A stretch of DNA of 62,204 nucleotides, the filler included, from Choristocarpus tenellus KU-1152 (lineage: Eukaryota > Protista > Phaeophyceae): the NCBI GenBank assembly GCA_964200185.2. It is 11 parts of 11 records of this genome, joined end to end, with 100 filler letters (N's around TTAATTAATTAA, not from the genome) between each part and the next. Parts side by side here need not be neighbours in the genome. Positions count along the whole stretch, not along the records: positions 49,634 to 62,204 come from CAXNAD020001782.1; 10 more parts are not named here. One strand, written 5' to 3'. The notes under the pieces were generated by a model that saw only the letters and a list, made by a program, of their open reading frames with translations, searched no databases and was not told where the DNA came from. Position 1 is the first letter of the stretch, and the number at the start of each line of letters is the position of its first letter. Below are positions 51,533 to 62,204 of this stretch, piece after piece. The position numbers were made by a program, and so were the translations under genes.

Positions 51533-52860
51533 TACATTGTGTGGTGAATATAGAAGAGAGGTGCGTTTGTTTGTTTGTTATGTTGGGCATTTCCTGATAT
51601 GACACAGTACATGGGGAAAAGTACCCACAAAGATTTTGTGTATGTGTAAGGACTTACGACTCGTATTTTAGTTTAGTGTTCTAGTTCTAGATAATATGGT
51701 ACCTGCTGTAAAATTTTGAGTTGAGTGAGATCAGGTCCCTACCAAACTCAAACATATTTCAGAAAGGCATCACAAATATTTCTTTGGTGCCTTGGAAAAC
51801 ACTGCACGGACTGGAAGCATATTCGTAGCCCAGCTCACTTTGAAGTTATGCTTGGAAGTAGTTCTGTCAAGTGCATGCCCCAATAGGATGGCAGACAATT
51901 TTAACTGTAAAAATTGAACACAATGCTTTAGTTGTTCTATTGAGGAATATGTCACGCTCAATGCACCACTGCAGAGCTGTTGATTCCCACTGTATGAGTT
52001 TCTTATTCACCGCTTATCCTTCCAATTCAACTCGTTGGTTGCAATGCTATCCTGGTCAAGTGTAGAGGTGTCTGTCCCATTTGAGAATCTTAAAGATATA
52101 GTGCCTAGAGGACTGTAGACCTCTTTCAATGGTCAAGATTCTATCAAAAAAAAGCACAGGGGTTGTTGGGATGGAAGTTTGACATTAGGTAAGACGTGAT
52201 GGTGTACATAGTTTGAGGCAATGTGAAAAAATTAGGCCACTAGTCATCAAACATATCGATGCACACTCCCCATCAATGTGTTTTTCATGCAAGATCATTA
52301 AAACACAACAGGAGATACAAACCCTTGCATTCGAACAGGCCCAAGTAAACACAGTTATCATACTTGATAAAATACTTAACATATCAAACTCAATAGGGGC
52401 ATGGGGAAACACAAAATGTACCACGGCTAACAATCACAAATTTTGACATACAGTCCATGAGTAGAGTACCATTTCAGTGAGGAAATTATCAAGTTACATT
52501 TTTTTTGCTACGACTATGTCGAATTTTTGCTTCTGCCTAGTGCTTCTGTCAACACTTATCCTTGGGTAAAACAGAACATATTCCCATTTTCAACACCATC
52601 ACAGTGAAACTACGCATAATTCTTGGAAACTTGGTCAGATATCTATCTACCATACACCACACATCTCAGCTCACTTCACATTGTTCCTTTTTGTCATAAA
52701 ATGAAACATTCACACAAGGGTACCCAAGGCAAGCACCTTCTTGCTCCTCAAAAAAGATTGCACAGAAGCTAATACAACTGAACTAAGGGATAGGCTTGTA
52801 CTTCTAAGCATCAAAACTCATACCTTCTCTATTAGAGGGTTGCAAAAAATAATGGATACA

Positions 52861-55843
52861 CTAAGCCAAGTCAACCCCACCTAAAAAGACACTAGAATCA
52901 TCGCCGCTATCCTTGCGCTTATGCTGTTCTTTCCAGCTGCAATTAGCCACACTCAGTCCAACCCCACCCCCTATCAGACCAGCCACCACAGTCAGGCTCA
53001 GCCCTGTGCTGATGACGTTGATGTGCAAAAACTCAAGAATCATTTTGACTCCCACGAAACCCAGGACCAAGGCAACTGCAGGCTTGAGATAATTCAACTG
53101 ATTTATTGCCCTGGCAATTATGATGTAGATGCTTCGAAGGGCCATGATTGCAAAAATGTTGCTTGAGAACACGACAAAGGGATCCTGTAGGTTGGAGTGG
53201 ACAGAGAGTATGCAACACATGCGATCCAAATGATACCAATGGGAATTAGCAAAACAGGGTTACGGTGCCAGCACAAAACACAGTAGTTATTCTTTGTTCT
53301 AAATTGGGGATGCAGAACAGCAGCCGATTCAATGCAACAACCACGACTAAAGTGCCATCTCGAAAACCTTTTCTGAGTTGCGATAGTGTCATTACGTCTC
53401 ACGGTTTCCTGCCTTGTGTCTCACCTGACTGACCCCAAGCACAGCAGGGATAGAGTCCACGGCAAACACGAAGTCAGAGAGCTCTATGCACACCAAGCAG
53501 AGTAGTAGAGGAGTGGCCACCTTCTTGCTGCTGCCAGGAAGTGTTGTGAAAAATTTGTCCTTGTCATATTGGTCCACGGCACCAACCAGGAACTTTGACA
53601 CTCTGCGTAAAATGTAGTGGTCATTACAGAAGGTAAACAAATGCAATGTGGACTAGGGTTGTTGTTGAAGGGACGAGAGAAGCAAGTACACAAATGTACA
53701 CGCTGAGGGTACATAGAATAGAGGTATGACACATTGAGAGGTAACATAAACCACATGGTGTTTCCTCAAATTCTACAGCAGAACGTCTGGCAAGGACAGT
53801 ACATAGTTACAAGGGGTTATTGATCACAATCAGTGTTAAACATGCATACTCTCAAGGAGTGCAAAATTGTGTTGAAATATAATTTTACGCACATTCAATA
53901 CTTGGTGTGACAGAGTATGAATCCCTCCCCAAAGGCAAGTCTATGGTGGGCACAAGGGTGAGAACCACGTTTGTGTATCCTTGCAGAGTGTCTGCAAACT
54001 CTGATCTTCAATTATGTCAAGTTCAAGAATAATCAGTATTGAACCTGTTATTCATTTGGGGGAAGAGGAGGAGAAATCAGCTGCTTCTTTCAACATGTGC
54101 TCAGGAAAGAACTCACAGACAACAAATTTAAAACCACACTCACAGGAGGCTGTCTCACATTACATAGAACTTGATGGAACAGTAGGGCAATAGATCCAGA
54201 ACCCTTTTACTTTGAAATTGGAGGGCTTACCTAACAAGTCTGTTTTGACTGAGGTCTTCCTCATCCTCATCCCTCTCAGTAAGCAGCTTGAATGAGCTCA
54301 ATAGCAAAACTCCAGCAAAGATCAACACAACCCACCGAAACTTAGTCACAATGACCACACCAAATGCAATCATCACTCCCCTCATCAGAATGGCACCAAC
54401 AATACCCTGCAGCAATGAGGAAGATTATTGTGTAACTCTCTTACAAGAATATTACAAAGGGGTGCTATCAGTGAAGTTTCTTATTCTGGAATGAGCATTA
54501 GTAGGTAGTGTTACAGAGAGACAGTGTTGCTAAAGAGTGACAATGAGGAGGCACAGAATTTGATGCGATCAGTATTGAGCAAGAAGAAAATGAACAACAG
54601 AAGTCAGCAACTGAACCTTGAGATTACATTTTTACCACCACGCTTGAAACTCGAAACCAACAATCCTTGACACCCTGAAGGTCATGGAGCCACAAGAAAT
54701 ATCCAGCAAGTACCAGTTTTCAAGGATAGCATGCTAGTTAGGGATTCTAAACAGCAACAACATAGATGCATCAGCTGCAGGTACCACTCATTGTTATCAC
54801 TGCAGGGAAGGTTCAACAAAGTCCATTCTCGTCCATTTATGACCCAGTCTTACCCAAGTCAGCACTCTCCCTTGGTGCTGCAGCGGGACCTGAAAGTACT
54901 TGAAGATCATGATGAATACGAACAAGTTATCCACGGACAACGATTGCTGCAGAGGCAAGGGGAACAAGGTGGGACCGGAGGGTTAGGTGTAGGCAAAAGT
55001 AGGGACTAGGAGTGCTCCCAGAGTAGGAAGGGTGACAGATTGGTTTGGGGGTGTTAAAATATTGAACGATGGTGTTGAGCATAGATTCCCGCCTGCGAAG
55101 ATTGGGATTTAATGCAAGGAGAAGTAAATTGCTAATGGTCTCGGGCTTACCTGGTCATTCCAGGGCAGTGAAAACATCAATTGAAGTTGGGCATGAAAAA
55201 GGACAAGGTGTGTACGCAGGCGGGTACGGTCCTTCAGATAAGAGAGCGGCGAAGCTTGCAGGGGGTGAGATCATCTAGATTGAAAATTCGCAGTGCTGAC
55301 CTTGCCTCTTCTATAGAGGTTAAACCAAACCAACCAGTGCAGACGGGGGTATGTTGGGTTACTCAGTCTAGTAGGTGTAATAGCTACGGCAGAGAGATGG
55401 AACGCTCGCAGCGCAAATAAGGCCGGGGGCTATTAACTTAGAGATGACGGCTGGGATCTATCTGGAATAATTTGAAATGAGGAGTGGGGGTGGCAGGTGG
55501 CGGTGGTGATTGGGGAGTGGGAAGTAGCACTTGCCCGAAGCTGGGTGAAAGGTCTCACCTCAACGAGGTACCCCGCAAAAAATTCCATTGAAGATTTCCT
55601 TCCGCGAAAGGCAATCGTGCCCAAACCAAATACAGTTGCCGTGGAGATAGACAAGGCGGTACTTCGAACGGCCTGGCGATATGTCTGTGTCTTTGACCCT
55701 TCTCCCACCTCCTGAGTAACACCTGTTGGGAGTTCTTGGTTGGTAAAGTCATCGAAGATCTTGCCCCTCCTAGTCGTCCTACTCCTCCCCCCTGTGTGCT
55801 CCAATGGAGCATACATCCCTGCCCCAGTCTCCCAAGCCTTCAT
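52861..55843 (-). CDS. terC: TerC/Alx-family integral membrane protein (thylakoid TERC-like); 5' end uncertain
   Basis: Exons 55843-55559, 54946-54854, 54406-54231, 53602-53425 and 53184-52861, all in phase. Motifs EFFAGYLVEQSLSVDNLFVF, VLTWGIVGAILMRG, ATPLLLCLVCIELSDFVFAVDSIPAV, DPFVVFSSNIFAIMALRS, VLGFVGVKM. Confidence 0.93.
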
Positions 55844-58272
55844 CGATCGAAATTATCTATTCGTCTCACCACTTCCATTGCGACATTATGTCTTTCTCCA
55901 TCTCATCCCCTTTCCTTTATGATAAATTGATTATTGACTAGTTACTTTCAATACATAAAAAACCATACCTGGTTGGTACCTGTACCATTTTCTGGGTGTA
56001 TTTTTGTACGTTACTATTCTTGTAAACTTGGAATTTTGGGGTATGAAATTGGGCCGTCCTCAGACCAAAATTGGGTCTTCAATTTTCTAGCTATCCTGCT
56101 CCATATCCACTAAGTATTGTATTAGTCCATGTCCTCTTCTGGTCCACAAGGTCGGCACATTCTCGAACGTTCTCGAACATGTCAAACATATCCAGAACAT
56201 ATCCGTTTGTGCATCTAACATTTTCTGACATCCAGATCATGTCCAATACATGCTCTATTCGTCCAGTCCACACACCACACAGGTCCACTCCCGGATTACT
56301 AGTCTGACGCAAATAGACCTGGTCTAATTCGTTTGTCAACTCCATGCACAAAACGTGTGCAACATGTCAGGGACAACTTTGCTGTATGTGCATAATATAG
56401 ATGGTTATCATGAGGACTTTGTTATTATAGTGCTTATACAATATTTGTACCTTTTTGGATGGAGAATATATGAGCGTGAAGACGAATACATTAGTAGCTA
56501 TCGCTACGTGGAGCAGTGGATATCTGCAACTCTCGTCAAACACACGCACACTCTTCCCTCCCACCATTACCTGAACCGTTTTGCTGGACATAATTGAGGG
56601 GATATGGCCAACTCAACATTTTGTTTTTTGTTTTGATGATGTCTGGAAGGGTGCAGGCCTGTGATGCCTCCGTTGCAATTTTGAATCCCTGTTAAATCAT
56701 TTTCAGAGTAAATTTACGCAGAGATCCCAGACCTAGCTGCACACGCACTTTTTGTGCATAAAGAGGCAACCGCAGATCTCCCCTAACACACAACCCTCCT
56801 TCTATCCATGCACAGGAACACATCTCTGTTATGCAGGCACTACCTCTCCCTGTGCCATCCCTCCTGATTAATGCGGGTTGGACTAGCACCATGTCTCCTA
56901 GGTATTGGAACTGTACCTCTTCTTTCACAGACACTGTGAGCGTTGATGTAACCATAATGGTCCCCAGGCACTCTTCAAAAGGTTGGTTGGTTGTACATGT
57001 CATTTATCCACTGGTCTGCAAAAATTGTGGTTTTACTTGTCCATGAGGATATTCTTTACCTCATCTGCACTGTTATCAATCCGTTGGCAATTCTTTTTTT
57101 ATTTTGGCTGTTGACTCTCCATCACTCGGTATTTTCTACCAAAAACTGACCCTTTCTTTGTCCTATATTACTTCTTTCCACCTCTTATTTCGTTTATGTT
57201 GTACATAACAAAAATACACGAGTTATACCATAACAATCACACAAAAGTGCCAACAGCACACTATTTGACACACAGATCGCACAGCCCTCCCTTGTACGTT
57301 TCTCCCCAGTGTTGCTCAAGCATCATAACAGCTTAGTCTCCATCTCTTTTGCCCACAGCATAATCCCCATGAGTTTACTCTAGACAGGCAAGCAGCCCCC
57401 ACAGGTTCTTTCCTCCTTTCTTGGGCTACTGAAACACCATGGGAACTGACCAAGCTTCCCCTCCTTTTCCCCCTTCTAGTCCCCTGTTTCCCACCCACAT
57501 CATCCCACCCTCCAGTACTCCACCCTGACTATAGGGAGTCAGCAATAGCCCATTACGGTTGTTGAAAGTGGGAAATAGGAGTTCTTCATAGAATAATTAT
57601 CACTCCACAGCATTATTCCGATAAGTTCTCCTGAGTGCACACAGTTCTTAAGACAGGTGAAAGTCATAAATATATACATTTTACAGTGTATCCACCACGG
57701 ATTGTTGAACACATATTTACCTATCTCAACGTCAGAACAACTGCTGCATATTTAGTCACAACAGGTACTAGTACATTAAAAAAATCAGCAAAGCTACTCA
57801 GGATGTCGATGGTTATTTCTTCAGGATAACTCACACTATATTACTATTATTATGCCCTCTGACACTTTCCAGATAGATAGATGTGTCAGGGGAAAAAACA
57901 ATGAAAACTATTCACATGTCAGTATAAACCCTAAAGTAAAATTTGTTATTTCACTCACACTATCATGTGCTCTGACTGAGTATTGTTTACTGAGTAATCT
58001 ATACAGCCAGTCAGAAACCTACACTGTTTCCACTTACTGGGAAGTGTATGCATCCAAAATAGGGATGGTGAGTCCTGTGCTTCAAAGTGCAATAGAGAAG
58101 TTTCTCAATTGATGACACTTCCTAATAATAATGAAGTACCTGGAATACGTTCAAGTTCAAAGTAGCATGTATGCAAAATGCGTTCTTTTTTCAACTGCAG
58201 GACACGGTATGGTCACACAAGACACCGTTGACGGTATATATCAAATTTTTCTTGCGGGTAGTAACTATTTAT

Positions 58273-58417
58273 ATTATTATGCCCTCTGACATTTTGCAGA
58301 TACTATTATTATTACTACTATTCCCTCTGACGTTTTGTAGATGTGTCAGGGGAAAAATACTATTAGTTTCCCCCCTGACACATCTGCAAAATGTCAGAGG
58401 GCATAATAATAATAATA
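58273..58417. repeat. Palindrome made of head-to-head copies of a dispersed stem-loop + (TAA)n motif
   Basis: CCCTCTGACGTTTTGTAGATGTGTCAGGGG ... CCCCTGACACATCTGCAAAATGTCAGAGGGCATAATAAT. Related single copies at ~9017, ~30023, ~37815, ~57846 and ~59726. Confidence 0.75.
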
Positions 58418-60712
58418 CTGATATTTTCGTAACGCCATACCGCTCTATCGACGATTTTTTTGTTCATGAATAATATCAGGAATTTTCGGGGTTGTGCGTG
58501 ACCCTCGCCCACAAAACATCCCCTACTATCAAGTAATAGTGTCTATAGTTCGCTGTTTCTTGACGATGGACAAAGAGTTGTAGTTTAACGATTACCGGTT
58601 GCTCCTTGACTACAGACAAACAGTAATAACTCGTTACAGCTAATATCATAGGAGTAGAAAAGAAAGAGAACGATGATATCTGTATTCCCCATCAGTGTTA
58701 TCCTCCTCTCCCTCTCTGATTGGCCTGAGAATCACAGGAAGTCTTACATTGATCGCATCACAGAGGAAAGTCATCCACAGCACGACAATATCACATCAGC
58801 TGGCATCACACATCCACCTTCTACAATTCTTGTAAGTGCAGCGAGTTAACTTATCTACGTGATAAATGTGAGCAATTAATAATCGAGTAGGTATGAAGAG
58901 GAATATGATAGTGCCAGATATCATTGTTGTATACTTCTACACAAATCAATCCATCCTACCTACAGGATTGAATTAGCTTGCAATGAACATATTCGTATGA
59001 CTTTGATATTTTAAGGGGTAACTGGATCAAAACAGGCGATGCGTAGGTGGTGGGGTGGTTCAGCATGTTCCGAAGATAACTGAAACGAATCGAGTAGGAG
59101 CGCAATTCAAATCCGTAGCCCTTTAAGTCTGGCGCGCTGAGGATGAGTCTACAAAACACAACTAATCGCAACAATTAGGCTGGTGTGGCACTATAAATTA
59201 CTGATTCAATTGCTGTACACACAATAGAACGACCAACAAGGCTTGTTTTAATGCCCCATACCGAATCAAATAATAAAAAGCGTGCTTATCGTTCTGATAG
59301 ATCCAAGTCCCAAAGTATGAATCACCGAAAGGTATGCAAGAATACCAGAATAGGTTAGGTGGATAGAGTGCAGTGAGCATCTGTGAAGTCAAGTGCCAAT
59401 CTAGTCTTCACCAATCTTGAAAAGTGAGTGTGCACACGCCTCTGGTGTTATGCTCTACCAGATCAACAACAACAGGGTTTACAATAGCTAAACCCAAGTC
59501 GCATACAATACATCATGTAATTTCTTGTCCCGCTACTTGGGTGCGAAACCTCGGCTTTAGCTATGTTTGTTGAGAGTATTATTTTGACAGGTAACAATGT
59601 GCCCATGATATATTCATCCACCCATATCAATCTTCGACCATTTTATTGGATTAAATACTGGAGTAATCTTTAAGTATACCGTACTCTGCATATTTCATTG
59701 TGTGTATCACTGAATTCCCACTATCTTTGCAGATGTTGTCAGGGGGGAAACTAAGGAAGAACACACAACAAGCACTGCATATTGCCTATTGCTTACAATC
59801 AAGGCTGTCATACAATAGTGTTGTCTTGCTACATATAAGAAGAACGAGATAGATTGATGTGTGTTACTTACACCGAATAGTTTATTACATATTCACACGA
59901 AATATGCCCTTCATTTTTCCGCTTGACTTATGTAGAAATGTTCTATTCGAAACAGAACAGACACCAACTCAGGCAAGTGCTCTCGGATCAGAGCACAGTA
60001 AACAAAAACAAGTTAATGTTAGTATTGCACTTATATGGATGCCTCCCTTTCTTGTGAATACAATTTGACTCTACAAGCCAATTGGGTTACTTGTTACGAA
60101 ATGGTTGCTGGTGCTTGTCACTAACGGCAGTTGCGTCCAATCCTTGGTATAATTTATTCCTTCTCCTACCTGGACTTATTCACTCGTAGCCCTTTAGTGA
60201 GTCTGCTTTGCCTCTCGTAGTACTAATTTACTCAAGTAGCAATTGTCCTATTCTGCAAACATATGTTGACCTTGGAGTACAATTTGCATAATTTTTAGCA
60301 GGTGACTAATGACACTTGAGTAGTGTTTTCAGTAGCTTCGACAATCCTCTATTAGGCCACTTACTGCAAACGAAAAATTGAAATCAAATCAATGCTAATC
60401 CCATGTACAATCAAACCCCCATGCCTCCATTAAATCTTATCTAAAACAGAGTAGGATACTTTGTACATCTGCACTTCGAAGATATCATCCAATCATAATT
60501 CTATAGCTATTCCAACTATGTAGTGCTTGGCCTTTCGAGGCAAACCAACACTTCAAATAAGGCTGCATGCACTTATTACTTCAAAACATTTCAGTTTTGT
60601 TACACATATATTCATCTTGACAGTTGCTACCATTACCATAACAAGGACCACTCAATCAATCATCAGGACTCCAGACTACAAAGCTCTAGTGCAATTGTAC
60701 GGGTCACTGCTG

Positions 60713-61341
60713 CTAAAAATTACTGGCAAGCTTTCCTTTGTTGATGGTGAACTTATTCCCGCAGTCGTAAAGACCCGATTCCACCATCTCAACTCGTATC
60801 ACATAGTTTGTGCTCGATGCAATATCAGATTTTGGCGGAAGGTAGCTCCTGAAGCCCGTTCCGTTTTCAGAACAGCCCTGTTGCGTGTAACACATTTCCC
60901 GCAGTGAGGTGGTAAAATGAGGTCAGAATTGGGCTAGAAAGGTGGGTAAGGCTGCATATAAGCCTATGTACTTGAGGAACCATGTTCTCCAGCATGTAGA
61001 GCACCACCATACAGAATGATCAAAACTTTTAAAATATCAATTTGAGGGTGCTGTAACTTTTTTTTGTAACTGTAAACATGTTCAGATCTCTGATTCCTGG
61101 GTACTTGATCTGCTAACACATTCAACTCTCAGCCCTAACATCGTTGAGGTCCTACACAGCATTGACTGCCATTGTCTGCAGTACTTGGGGGAGGACTCTC
61201 TCCAACCAGTTGCAACCAGTTATTCTGAGACTTACATCTCCACTGGAGCAAAGGTTGACCACAAACTGGCCACATCCATCTTCCTCGCAGTCTCCATCAA
61301 TACACTCATGAAGGTCGATGAAGAACCTCGTTGCGTCACTG
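60713..61341 (-). CDS. Two exons of a Cys-rich extracellular beta-sandwich-like domain
   Basis: Exons ~61341-61236 (donor GTAAGT) and 60877-60713 join in phase 0: SDATRFFIDLHECIDGDCEEDGCGQFVVNLCSSGDGCSENGTGFRSYLPPKSDIASSTNYVIRVEMVESGLYDCGNKFTINKG. Confidence 0.55.
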
Positions 61342-61462
61342 CTGGGTTATGTATCGGGGGATAAGGATGAGTGCAATGCTTAGAGAAGGCCTCTCCCCTC
61401 TTCCTAGTGCATATAGACACAAGCTGATAAAACCTCCAAATCGAAACTGCAATGTTGATAAA

Positions 61463-61722
61463 GAGTCAAAGTATCTTAGAGGGTAGGGCAGCGTCCATTT
61501 GGGGGACCAAAATCCAATGTTGCGATTTTGATGTAATTTTGGCTATCGTGTTTGCTAGGAAGTGTCAGTATCCTTGTTCCGGACACACCATTTCATAACA
61601 TATACATATTACCTACTCCGAAACATTTTGGAGTAGGCAAAATATCATGAAAACCTCATGGGAAGCCAAGCCCCAAATGGACAAACAGCGCAAAACTCGT
61701 ACCCTCTAAGATACTTTCACTC
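61463..61722. mobile_element. MITE family A, full length
   Basis: TIRs GAGTCAAAGTATCTTAGAGGGTA / TACCCTCTAAGATACTTTCACTC. Confidence 0.88.
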
Positions 61723-62143
61723 TGAATGAGGATACAAATTATCTCCCGAAAAAAAGCCCTTGGATCAAGGTGCAGAAGCATGGCTATAAATGGGTGCACT
61801 CATTTCCCCCCCTCACATGTCTAGTGACCCACTAAAATGTATGAAAGAGATCATGACAATAAATACATACTCTATAATACATATGTATACATGCACTCGA
61901 GTATAGGGAAAAATTAGGAAGCGATTCAGACGTTTAAATCTAGCCTCTCCATGGCATGCCACACAGTGAGAAATGTGCATTTCTCAAGAGTCACAACTTT
62001 GGAGACAGATAACAAAAAAAATTAAGTCAAGCCCACACCAGGAGTGCATGTTGAACATGGGAAACAGATTATTTTCTAGCATTACATTGACAGACTGGTT
62101 TTACAAGGTCAGGGGCTACTCCTGGTCGAGTCTTTTGAGGTAA

Positions 62144-62204
62144 GGCTCAAAGTATCTGGGAGGGGTTGCGGCTGTCCATTTGGGGTCAATTTTTTCATAT
62201 CGCG
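62144..62204. mobile_element. MITE family B left end (runs off the window)
   Basis: TAA|GGCTCAAAGTATCTGGGAGGGG...GCTGTCCATTTGGGG, homologous to 1349-1400. Confidence 0.7.

Noticed and set aside
41535-55843. Apparent cluster of thylakoid/PSII assembly genes (LPA1 + TerC)
   Set aside because: The genes are on different contigs separated by two linkers, so physical linkage cannot be inferred.
52861-55843. TerC as tellurite resistance gene or bacterial contamination
   Set aside because: Four spliceosomal introns; TerC homologues are ordinary plastid proteins in algae and plants.

Overview
Eukaryotic draft-genome sequence, probably from a photosynthetic stramenopile such as a brown alga. That is inferred from GT-AG introns, a signal-peptide+AF plastid presequence, TTAGGG tracts and the transposon types. 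The window is 11 contigs joined by artificial 100-nt linkers (N44-TTAATTAATTAA-N44), so adjacency across linkers means nothing. Genes reconstructed by hand-splicing: an intron-containing bactofilin (bacterial-type beta-helical cytoskeletal protein) gene at 1023-4613 (-), the most interesting item; an LPA1/DUF3493 PSII assembly factor 5' part; a two-exon Ser/Thr kinase with an HRDVSLMN catalytic loop; a five-exon TerC-family membrane protein; and isolated FN3, PI-PLC-X-like and Cys-rich extracellular exons. Much of the rest is transposon material: two decayed DD39D-type mariners (one full length with TIRs), a decayed Copia pol, a DIRS/Ngaro-type gag-RT-RNaseH element bracketed by a perfect 97-bp inverted repeat, REL-endonuclease LINE relics, two related MITE families and two long foldback elements. 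All family assignments come from motif recognition, not database searches.
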